From contig NC_042997.1 of the NCBI RefSeq assembly GCF_006345805.1, forward strand, positions 43,710,001 to 43,774,000: DNA of 64,000 bases. Reading direction: 5' to 3'. This stretch comes from Octopus sinensis (Eukaryota). Positions within the stretch are counted from its first letter, which is position 1; each line of letters starts with the position of its first letter. Shown here one piece after another: positions 53,395-64,000 of the stretch. The translations under genes were made by a program, and so were the position numbers. The notes beneath the pieces were generated by a model that saw only the letters and a program-made list of their open reading frames with translations, was not told the DNA's origin and searched no databases.

Positions 53395-55260
53395 GTTCTG
53401 CCTCAAAGATTAGTGACAATGATCTCACCTTTGTGGCTGGAGATTTTAATGGGCATGTCGGACAGCAACATGGTATCTTCCATGGTGTACATGGGGGCCA
53501 TGGAGTTGGTACCAGAAGTGAAGAGAGAACTAGGCTCCTGGAGTTCTGTGATGCAAATAACTTATTGGTCTGCCATACCAACTTCAGGAAGCCAGTCAGC
53601 CACCTGATAACTTACCAATCAGGTGACTCTGCTAGCCAGATTGATTTCATTCTCACCAGACAGCGGGATGCATGGTTGCTCTTAAATACAAAGACCCTCC
53701 CTGGTGAGGAATGTACCCACCAGCATAGACTAGTCATTAGTGACTTTAGACTTGAGGTCAGAAGGATGCCAAAAAGCAGACCAATCTGGAAAAGAAGGAC
53801 TTAGAAGCTTAAGAACCCTTCACATGGTCAGAGATTTTAGGATATCCTTACCGAGAAATTTGATGATAGAGAGGAGTTACAGTCCTGTGACATAGAAGGC
53901 AGCTAGAAATTCCTGTGAGACAGCTTGCTGAGTGCCACAGACCAAATCTGTGGTTGGTGAAAAGTCCCTTCTGGACCTGGGGTAACATGGTGGGGGAACA
54001 ATACTGTAGATAGGGCCATTAGAGCAAAGAGATAGGCCTGGAAGAGTGGGGGAAGCAGGAGACTGTATCAGATAGCAAAAGGGAAAGCTAGAAGACAGGT
54101 ATATATAGTGAAGGGAGTAGCAGAAAAGAGGAAGTTTACCAATGCTCAGCGACATGAGGACCAAAGAATTGAAGTATTTCAGATTGCAAGACAGTGTGTG
54201 AGAAAAAAACCATGATATCACAAGAGAGAAATGTGTCCACATCGATGATGGTGTCTTTGTGTTTAATGACTCTGCAAAGAAAAAGGCTTGGGGATGCCAT
54301 TATGAAAGACTGCTGAATGTGGACAATGAATAGGTGGAGGAGAGTCTGTCAAAGGTTGACCCAATTGAAGGATGAGCTACCTGAATCGACTGTACCCTGG
54401 TAAATAAAGCAATTAAGGATATGAAGACAGGGAAAGCACCTGGCCCATCAGGAATCACCACCAAAATGCTTAAAATATTGGGTGGTGTGGGTTATGGTCT
54501 TGTTACCGGCATCACAAATAAGGTAGTTCATGAAGGAGTCATACCCAATGATTGGTGTAGCAGCACCATAGTCAACTGCTACAAAGGTAAAGGTGATGCT
54601 TTAGATAGAAATAACTACAGGGGTATCAAATTGCTGGATCAGGTGATGAAGGTCACGGAGAGGGTCATAGCCCAACTAATTAGGGAGAGAATTAGACTAG
54701 ATGAGATGTAGTTTGGTTTTCTGCCAGGCAGAAGCAACACTAATGCTATATTCCTAGTTAGGCAACTGCAGGAGAAATATCTAGCCAAAGATAAACCTCT
54801 GTACATGGCTTTTGTTGACTTGGAGAAAGTCTTTGACAGGGTCCCCCGATCCCTTATCTGGTGAGCAATGCAGAAACTGGGGATAGACGAGTCGTTGGTA
54901 AGAGCTGTACAGTGATGCTGTCAGTAAGGTGAAAGTTGGTAACGAGTATAGTGAAGAATTTCAGGTAGAAATAGGGGTTCACCAAGGATTAATCTTCAGC
55001 CCCCTCTTATTCGTCATAGTCCTCCAGGCAGTAACAGAGGAATTCAAGACAGGCTACCCCGGGGAACTCCTCTATGCTGATGACCTTGCTCTAATCGCTG
55101 AGTCACTGCCAGAACTAGAGCCGAAATTTAGAGTGTGGAAACAAGGTCTAGAATTGAAGGGCCTTAGGGTTAACCTAGTAAAAGCCAAAGTGTGTAATAT
55201 CAGTGTGCATAGATGACAGTGTAAGCGCCCTGAGAGAAAAGTTGGACATAAGAAGCATCA
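53395..55260 (+). mobile_element. Degenerate RTE-clade LINE (AP endonuclease plus reverse transcriptase)
   Basis: FVAGDFNGHVG, LLEFCDANNL..CHTNFRK, SQIDFIL; GKAPGPSGI, YRGIKLL, GVHQGLIFSPLLF, LLYADDLAL; several stops and frameshifts. Confidence 0.93.
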
Positions 55261-55389
55261 AATGCATTTTGCTCGTGTATATATATATATATATATATAT
55301 ACAATTTCTATATATATATGTGTGTGTGTAAGGTATATATTTATATAGGATATATATATATAAAATAAAATTTTATTACATCCAATAGA

Positions 55390-56090
55390 AATATTATTAA
55401 AAAAACTTTGAAAACTCTATTTTTGCAAAAATATTTAATGACAAAAAAATCAAATTTGGATTTTCAGTATCTCCAAACCTACTTAGGATAATCTCTTCTT
55501 TATTAATAAGTAACCTGAGCAATTCTGTTATAATAAAACATCTTCTAATATACAAAGTAACTCTATAAATTCTGTAACTAATAATTGCAATTATCAGAAT
55601 AACCAAAACACAATTACACCCAATCCATATAGACATAACAATATAATACCACTAAGAATTCAAATTGTATTTCTAAAATCCCTAATAATTGTGAAGTAGA
55701 TGGAAACTGTAAAATGAACGAAGTAGTATTCCAAGCAACAATTATTATCCATAATCTCTCTAAATTTATTTACATTGGTTGTACGAAGAATTCTCTAAAA
55801 TTAAGAATTAATAATCATAAATCATCATTTAATGACCCTCGTAAAGAGAATTGCACAGGTCTATCCAAAACCGTTTGGCAACTCAAAAGAAGCAATACAG
55901 ATTACTCAATCTTTTGGAAAATACTATCTTCAGCCCCATCTTATGGACATAATAACAAAATTTGTAAATTATGCCTGGAAGAGAATTATAATATAATAAT
56001 AATGAATGGTTCCCTTGTAAATTCTAGAGATGAAAAGGTTTTTTCATGTAGACATGTCAAAATACCTTTTTTTAAATCTTAAATAATATC
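55390..56090 (+). mobile_element. Penelope-like element remnant with GIY-YIG endonuclease
   Basis: KIFNDKKIKFGFSVSPNLLRIISS (followed by stops), then an open frame 55639-56082: NC..C...GNC..NEVVFQA...YIGCTKNSLKLRINNHKSSF...LSKTVWQLK...WKIL..A.SY....CKLCLEE...VNSRDE...CRH, the pattern of PLE GIY-YIG domains. Confidence 0.8.
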
Positions 56091-56175
56091 CCCACCCATC
56101 TAAACTCTTATATTTTTCCTTCTCTTTCTAAAAAAATTTTTTTTTTGTTATAATACCTCTCTCTATATACTATCC

Positions 56176-56555
56176 GTGGAGACGCAATGGCCCAGTGGTT
56201 AGGGCAGTGGACTCGCGGTCATAGGATCGCGGTTTCGATTCCCAGACCGGGCGTTGTGAGTGTTTATTGAGCGAAAACGCCTAAAGCTTCATAAAGCTCC
56301 TGCAGGGATGGCGGTGATCCCTGCTGTACTCTTTCACCACAACTTTCTCTCACTCTTACTTCCTGTTTCTGTTGTACCTGTATTTCAAAGGGCCGGCCTT
56401 GTCACACTCTGTGTCACGCTGAATCTCCTCAAGAACTACGTTAAGGGTACACGTGTCTGGAATGCTCAGCCACTCGCACGTTAATTCCACGAGCAGGCTG
56501 TTCCGTTGATCGTATCAGCTGGGACCTTCATCGTCGTAAACGACGGAGTGCTCCT
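56176..56555 (+). mobile_element. SINE family B
   Basis: Full copy; imperfect TSD atatactatcc/atatactaacc. Confidence 0.9.
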
Positions 56556-57114
56556 AATATACTAACCTTCTCTATCGTATGAGATTATTATTTTATTATA
56601 ATACTCCGTATATCATTTCATCTTATACTATATTCATTACTTATCCATCTCCTCTTATAAATACATGACCCACATTATATTGACCTGACATCCCTTCTCA
56701 ATCTCTATAAACCTTCTTTTCTCTCAATTATATTTCTAGATATTCCCTCAATATATATATACCTTCCTTTTCTGTAATTTCTTTTTTCTTTTGCATAATA
56801 TGTACTGAAGTACACCCCTCTCTTATTTTCATTATTTTCATTATTTAATCTTAATTACCAATTGCCTATCTTAATTACTTCCTACAACTGATATCTGTAA
56901 ACACTTATAAATACTTCTTGGTGTCCAGTTTTGCCCTTATATATTTTTTCTTTATGTTTTCCCTTTTTTTTTCCTTCTTCTCGGTAATCTATTCCATTTG
57001 TATATGTACTTTAAATCATACCTCTCTTAACTATTCTAATTTTATTGTTATTTAAGGTTACTTGCCAAACTTGCATGATATTTAATCACATCTTACAGCT
57101 GATATATGCTTACA

Positions 57115-57440
57115 CATCATCATCATCATCATCATCGTTTAATGTCCGTTCTCCATGCTAGCATGGGTTGGACGGTTCGACCGGGGATCTGGGAAGCCAG
57201 AAGGCTGCACCAGGCTCCAGTCTTATCTGGCAATGTTTCTACAGCTGGATGCCCTTCCTAACGCCAACCACTCCATGAGTGTAGTGGGTGCTTTTTACGT
57301 GCCACCTGCACTGGTGCCAGGCGAGGCTGGCATCGGCCACGGTCGGATTGGTGCATTTTACGTGCCACCTGCACGGAAGCCAGTCGAGGCGGCACTGGCT
57401 TCGGCCACGATTCGGATGGTGCTTTTTACGTGCCACCGAC
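57115..57440 (-). mobile_element. Family C
   Basis: (CAT)n tail, core and internal repeats. Confidence 0.88.
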
Positions 57441-58242
57441 AACCTTGTATCAGACAATCATTATTATAGACTTCCCACTTCTTTTATGCAATACTAGATT
57501 CTCAACTCTTATTCTATCTTTTTATTAGTTATACAAAAACATAGTCAACCTACTAAATACCGATAATTATAATTTTTTCTTTTTAAAACCATCCTTATGA
57601 CTTTGTCTCAGCTTTATCTCCTCTGTATTGTTTATCTCTTTCTTTTTCAAACACCTTACATTTTCATTATCCTGAAAGGGTTTATTCAATATTTTTAGCC
57701 ACAGCAAGTATTTACTTTCTTAATTTCTGTAATATTAACAATTATACTTCTATTTTTATTTGTTTATCTTATATTTAATTCACACAAATTAATATGTTTT
57801 TACACATAAATAAATTTTTCTTCCGTTATTTAGAGATTTTCTCTAATTAACTCCGTTTGTTTTGTTTGCGTTTAAGTAGCCTAATGAAAACTATATTAAC
57901 TCGTTTACATTTCTTTATTCTTGCACAAAATTTCTTTTTTCTCAAAAAATTACTTCTTTAAATATACACTATACCTTATATTACTTATATAAATTATAAC
58001 TGTCAAGACATAAACTGATTCAAATATAACTATGCTATCCCATTGGACATCTCTATCTCACGTCTTGATAAATATGTTATTTGGAGTGTATTTTATTTAA
58101 ATTCTTATTTTTATATTGAGGGAATGTTTCTTAAATATCTTTCACTTATATTTTCAAATTACCGATAGCCACATCACTTTTAATTCATTCACAACTAGAC
58201 AAAACAACACCTTTTTTTTTTTTCGAGTATGCTCATTATCTT

Positions 58243-58545
58243 CCGTGGGTATATGACGTAGTGGTTAGGAGTGCAAGCTAGTAACACCAAGATTCCGAGT
58301 TCAATTCCAGGCAGTGACCTGAATAATAATAATAATGATAATAATGATAATAATAATAATAATAACATCGAAAAATATCTTAGGAATGAGAACCCAGGTT
58401 CGAAATTTCCCCAAGACACCTGATGAAGGCTGGAGGGTGTACCAGCTGAAATGAGTTAACAACAAACAAGATGATGACAAATGTCCGTCAAATGTAAATA
58501 ATGTAAATAATGTACTTAATTCTTCATCTCTTAAAAATAGAACTG
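58243..58545 (+). mobile_element. Family D full-length candidate: tRNA-like head, (AAT)n, hammerhead-like tail
   Basis: A-box-like tgacgtagtggtta and B-box-like gagttcaattcc, (AAT)n, then gacacCTGATGAaggctgg...cagctGAAA and the tail shared with 45849 and 6351. Confidence 0.75.
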
Positions 58546-58568
58546 TAATCATATATATAATGTAAACA

Positions 58569-58733
58569 TAGGCGTAGGAGTGGCTGTGTAGTAAGTAGCT
58601 TGCTTACCAACCACATGGTTCTGGGTTTAGTCCCCACTGCGTGGCACCTTGGGCAAGTGTCTTCTACTATAGCCTCGGGCTGACCAAGTCCTTGTGAGTG
58701 GATTTGGTTGACGGAAGCTGAAAGAAGCCTGTC

Positions 58734-58789
<56 letters not shown>

Positions 58790-58997
58790 ATATGTTTGTG
58801 TGTCTGTGTTTGTCCCCACAACATCGCTTGATAACCGATGCTGGTGTGTTTACGTTCCTGTAACTTAGTGGTTCGGCAAAAGGAACCGATAGAATAAGTA
58901 CTGGGCTTACAAAGAATAAGTCTTGTGGTCGATTTGCTCGACTAAATGTGGTGCTCAAGCATGGCCACAGTCACATGACTGAAACAGGTAAAAGAGT
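58569..58997 (+). mobile_element. SINE family A
   Basis: Full copy. Confidence 0.88.
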
Positions 58998-59027
58998 ATA
59001 TATATGTATATATATAATGTATACATA

Positions 59028-59594
59028 TATTCTTTTATTCATTTCAGTCATTTGATTACAGCCATGCTGGAGCACCACCTTTAGTTGAACAAATTGACCC
59101 CAGGACTTATTCTTTGTAAGCCTAGTACTTATCTTATCGGTCTCTTTTGCCGAACCGCTAAATTATGGGGACATAAACACACCAGCATCAGTTGTCAAGC
59201 AATGTTGGGGGGACAAACACAGACACACAAACATATACATGTATATATATTAGAAATATTGAATTTCTAAATGTTTCAAAGAGACATGAGTGGTGGTGGA
59301 GCGATAGAGTGGTTGTATACTGTCAGCGTAACATGACAGTCCCATAAATGGAATTACACCACCACTATTTAGCCCTAGGAAGCATCAACACTTCCTGTCG
59401 GCTTTGACACATTTCCTGTGTCCTTATATTTGCTAGGACTAGCTGTTGGGGGTGTTTGTCTCCCCTTCGCAAATATAAGAACAGAGGAAATGTGTCAAAG
59501 CCGACAGGAAACGTCGGTGCTTCCTAGGGCTAAACAGTGGTGGTGTAATTCCCTTTACGGGACTGTCACGTTATATTGACAGTATACAACCACA

Positions 59595-59647
<53 letters not shown>

Positions 59648-59796
59648 GCTTTTTTCAGTTTCCATCAACCAAATCCACTCACAAGGCTTTGGTCGGCCTG
59701 AGGCTGTAGTAGAAGACACTCACCCTTAATGCCATGCAGTGGGACTGAACCTGGAACCATGTGGTTCATAAGCAAGCTACTTATTGCACAGCCACT
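59028..59796 (-). mobile_element. SINE family A split in its (TA)n middle by a foldback insert
   Basis: 3' half at 59028-59243, 5' half at 59640-59796. Confidence 0.8.
59307..59597. repeat. ~290-bp foldback element with ~125-bp arms
   Basis: Arms pair, e.g. ttcctgtcggctttgacacatttcct/aggaaatgtgtcaaagccgacaggaa and gccctaggaagca/tgcttcctagggc. Confidence 0.88.
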
Positions 59797-60590
59797 ATAC
59801 ATTATATATATATATATAATGTTCTCAGCTCTGAACTATCTTTTCTGGTTTTCTCTTCTTGCATCTCTGCTTGACTTTGTTGTCGTGAATCTTGCATGCA
59901 TGAAGTGGATTCGATCCACCATAGCCAAATTTCAAGTAACAGTTCAACAACTTTTCTCACGGAGGTACAGCAGATTTTTTTCTCTGACAACAGTTTTACA
60001 TTTGCCAGATGCCTTGGCTAGGCCGAAATAATGTCTTCACCACTTGACCCTTCTAACTTCTTCTACTTCACCAAAAGCTAGAATTAAGATATCACAGGCT
60101 ACCAACTAAATCTATTGTTCTCAACGGTATGTCTATCCTGCTGGATAGTTATAAAAACAAGAACCCCCAAACAAAAATCAGTTAGTGACAACTGAGTTAG
60201 TCAGCTCATGACCACTCAATCAATTAGTTAATGAATGACAAACTTGAGTCAGAGACAACTACTATCAGTTAGGGAACAGAACACTAGAATCATGGTCACA
60301 AGAAGGTGGCTAACTAAAGAGAAATGGTCAGAGGGAGAAATGAAGTTTACAATCAGCAACTATGCGACAATTTCCCACACTCTCTCGCTCTTGCTTTATT
60401 TTCTCTTACAACATCACACTATTTCTATCTGTAATTACTACTACACAATGACAAGAACACAAACAAAGCTATACAAGGAAAATCTACAACACCTATCGAT
60501 ACTTCGCATGCTTTTGGATTTTATCACCTGCCCGTTGAGGCAAGGTACATACAATGTAACGATAAATAAATACTTTCTTCCCAACTTCAA

Positions 60591-60920
60591 TCATCATCAT
60601 CATCATCATCGTTTAACGTCCGATCTCCATGCTAGCATGGGTTGGACGGTTCGACCGGGGGTCTGGGAAGCCAGAAGGCTGCACCAGGCTCCAGTCTTAT
60701 CTGGCAACATTTCTACAGCTGGATGCCCTTCCTAACGCCAACCACTCCGTGAGTGTAGTGGGTGCTTTTTACGTGCCACCTGCACTGGTGCCAGGCGAGG
60801 CTGGCATCGGCCACGGTCGGATTGGTGCATTTTATGGAAGCCAGTCAAGGCAGCACTGGCTTCGGCTACGATTTGGATGGTTCTTTTTACGTGCCACCGA
60901 CACGGAAGACAGTCGAGGCG
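60591..60920 (-). mobile_element. Family C
   Basis: (CAT)n tail, core and internal repeats. Confidence 0.88.
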
Positions 60921-61526
60921 GCATATCACTTACATAATGGCATATCACTTTACATAATGGCAATCAACGAAAATCCAATCCTTACAGATATATTACAGTC
61001 ATCCTGCTGAGTATCAACAATCATTTATTGTATTATTGTTTACTAATTAGCCCAACCGTTCCATTGTTGTCATGGGTTACCTTGAGGAAGGCCTTCCAAT
61101 CGTAGGTTTTGTTTGTTTTGAACTTCCATCAATGTTTCTGAAACTTTGCTTTTTCTAGCTAGGGCTGTTTGCCATACATAAACCCATTTTTACTTCTGAG
61201 AAGAAGTGGTCCGTGTTAGTCTAGCCTCCATTCTTTGACCTATCAAGCATGGGAGGATCTTCAGCAGCTTGTACCTGAAGGGTTAAGCTTAATACTTGTA
61301 AAGCGATCTTTTGACAACAGTTATTGTTATATTCCGAAGTCGTCGACAGAATGGTTCTATCTGGCACTACGATCCCCCCCCAGTCATACAGAGTTATTAT
61401 TCTCAAAAGGTTGGATCGTTATAACGTCCACTCAGCATCACAGTATAATTACTACATTAGCACAGACACGATTATCTGCACAGTCTACATGCCCTTCTGA
61501 CTTTCTTGAACATCTACTGGTCTATT

Positions 61527-61909
61527 GTGGAGGCACAATGGCCCAGTGGTTAGGGCAGCAGACTCGCGGTCATAGGATCGCGGTTTCGATTCCCAGACCG
61601 GGCGTTGTGAGTGTTTATTGAGCGAAAACACCTAAAGCTCCACGAGGCTCCGGCAGAGGATGGTGGTGATCCCTGCTGTACTCTTTCACGACAACTTTCT
61701 CTCACTCTTACTTCCTGTTTCTGTTGTACCTGTATTTCAAAGGGCCGGCCTTGTCACACTCTGTGTCACGCTGAATATCCCCGAGAACTATGTTAAGGGT
61801 ACACGTGTCTGTGGAGTGCTCAGCCACTTACACATTAATTTCACGAGCAGGCTGTTCCGTTGATCGGATCAACCAGAACCCTCGTCATCGTAACCGACGG
61901 AGTGCTTCA
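61527..61909 (+). mobile_element. SINE family B
   Basis: Full copy; 11-bp TSD actggtctatt at 61516 and 61910. Confidence 0.93.
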
Positions 61910-62335
61910 ACTGGTCTATTTATAATGGCTGGCTTCTACTACTTTTACCGGGGGGCACGGTGCACAGTTTCACTATACAACATCACCCCTTTTAATTTTT
62001 TTTTTTCTAACAGTCAATTTCATTTATTCACCCTATCTCCTCTTTTCCCCTTTAAAACTCAATGTCTTTTCTTAGGGTCTACTTTTAGGAATTCATTGTT
62101 CTTCCTTTCCCTTATACATGTGGTTTCGACTTGTAATGGTGTTGGAACCTGAAAAATGTCATTTAGCCAATCCATCAGTATTTCTACTCTTGTTGGCTCC
62201 TTTTCTATGACTTTCTTGAAGCTGATTTCTAGATTTCCTTTCCATTCCATTTCTGCTTCTTACATCTTTCTTCCTAAATATCTTACAATTTCTTCTCCCC
62301 AGTGTTGATTACCATTTTTGTACATTCTTACATAT

Positions 62336-62766
62336 ATAGGCGCAGGAGTGGCTGTGTGGTAAGTAGCTTGCTAACCAACCACATGGTTCCGGGTTCAGTC
62401 CCACTGCGTGGCATCTTGGGCAAGTGTCTTCTGCTATAGCCCCGGGCCGACCAATGCCTTGTGAGTGGATTTGGTAGACGGAAACTGAAAGAAGCCTGTC
62501 GTATATATATGTGTATATATATATATATATATATAAGTGTGTGTGTGTTTGTGTGTCTGTGTTTATCCCCCTAGCATTGCTTGACAACCGATGCTGGTGT
62601 GTTTACGTCCCCGTCACTTAGCGGTTTGGCAAAAGAGACCGATAGAATAAATACTGGGCTTACAAAAAGAATAAGTCCCGGGGTCGATGTGCTCGACTAA
62701 AAGGCGGTGCTCCAGCATGGCCGCAGTCAAATGACTGAAACAAGTAAAAGAGAAAGAGTAAAGAGT
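62336..62766 (+). mobile_element. SINE family A inserted in the Gypsy remnant
   Basis: Full copy. Confidence 0.9.
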
Positions 62767-62990
62767 ATATACCTTACCACTGATTGTATAGAATTTTGGC
62801 ATGTTTTTACTAGCACCTATTTTTTCTGTCACTGGTAACAGTTTATCAAATACTGACTTCACTTTTCTAGCAAATATTTATTCTGCTGGTGAACTTCCTT
62901 CTGGTGCATTTGGGTTTGGAGTTGCCCTGTATACCCTTAAGCATTGTTGGATTGTGACCTCGTCTGTGGCTTCCTTATTAGCTCCTTTAA

Positions 62991-63210
62991 CCCTTTGGCA
63001 TTCAGATTACTCTGTCAAATGTAAAGCCTGTATAACTACATTATTTTAAATTAATTGTACAGCATCTTGGAACTCTGAGATTTTGATGATGTCCCTGTTT
63101 ATTTTTAGAAAGACTTTGTAGGGTAAGTGTGAGAGGTCAGAGCTGGCTGGTTTGAGCATATAACAGGAAGACAATTTTGGCCTGATATGGCCGGTTTAAA
63201 CACTAAAGGG
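62991..63210 (+). mobile_element. piggyBac-type MITE inserted in the Gypsy integrase
   Basis: TTAA on both sides; CCCTTTGGCATT...AACACTAAAGGG. Confidence 0.85.
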
Positions 63211-64000
63211 TTAAAGCCCTCTTAAAATTGTCCACAAACCATTCGGCCCTTCCATTTGATCTAGGATGGTGCTATAGTTTAATGTTCTAATGTGTTCCGT
63301 TACCAGAGACAATTATATCCGGTACACCAAATCTTGCGAACAGCTCTTGTAAGAAGTTTATAGCAGTATATGAGGTCGGTCGTTTATGCCTTGCAATCTC
63401 AGGCTATTCTGTGTATCTGTCCACTACTATTAATTAATAATACCTATTTACTAGGCCTGCAAAATCGATATGCAATCGGAACCATGGTATTTTCACTTCC
63501 AGCCAAGGTTCACATTTTGTAGTTTTGCTACCAGTGCACATCCTCTGCAGCCTTTTACCAAGTTTTCAACTTCTTTGTCCATGTTTGGTCAGTATACGAA
63601 ACTTCACATCAGCCTTTTCATTATAGAGATGCCTGGATGTCCCACATGAAACTCTTTTAGCATTCTCTTCTGTGATGTCTGTGGTATAACCACCCTCTGA
63701 GCATGCATTAGTACACCATTACATATAGAGCACACATTCACATCTTGGCGGTTCTTTGCATCAAACCTTTCTTCATTTCCTTTTGTCGACCACAGTTTTC
63801 ACATTAATAAATTTGTCATTTCTCGCACTTCTTTTATTTCTTCCAAAGTTACTGGTACTTCACGCATGATGTCCCACATTACCTTTTTTTTGTTTCAGTT
63901 CATCAACCTCGTTTGATCGTTTGACTGCTCCGTTTACACTATTGCACAAAGCTCTTATGGGTGAATCCCATAAATTAAATTTCTCCATACATTTGGTGCC

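Larger units (their letters stand above)
62060..64000 (-). mobile_element. Degenerate Ty3/Gypsy pol (integrase), interrupted by a SINE and a MITE
   Basis: Reverse-strand translation: EFHVGHPGISIMK...CRGC (zinc-binding), PWFRLHIDFAG, LIVVD, LFARFGVPDIIVSGNG, HPRSNGRAE.FV..FKRAL, YRATP...SPAE.IFARKVKSVFDKLLP; many stops and frameshifts. Confidence 0.88.

Noticed and set aside
61050-61500. Very old RTE RT C-terminal remnant on the minus strand (also LLNGAETWTIYK at ~11670 on plus)
   Set aside because: Only short motif echoes; too degraded to delimit as a feature.

Overview
Eukaryotic, AT-rich, repeat-dense genomic DNA. The SINE/RTE repeat landscape looks like Octopus (inferred from recalled repeat families, not a database search). 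One host gene is supported: the 5' part of an arginase gene on the + strand, with three coding exons (728-961, 43957-44029, 49363-49469). It has a long acid-free N-terminal extension typical of a mitochondrial presequence, a 43 kb first intron, and no further exon found before the window ends. Intron 1 holds a ~14.5 kb array of a 78-bp unit (17911-32445, with a 100-N gap) that grew from the inside of one RTE-tail-type retroelement copy; all giant ORFs in the track come from this array. The rest is interspersed repeats: several tRNA-derived SINE families, RTE LINE fragments, a mariner relic with TIRs, piggyBac-type TTAA MITEs, a Penelope GIY-YIG remnant, a Gypsy integrase remnant and a Helitron end. 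The most notable observations are a tRNA-headed SINE family carrying a Penelope-type minimal hammerhead ribozyme fold, found twice as inverted dimers; the retroelement-born intronic satellite; and several long foldback hairpins in the pre-mRNA.
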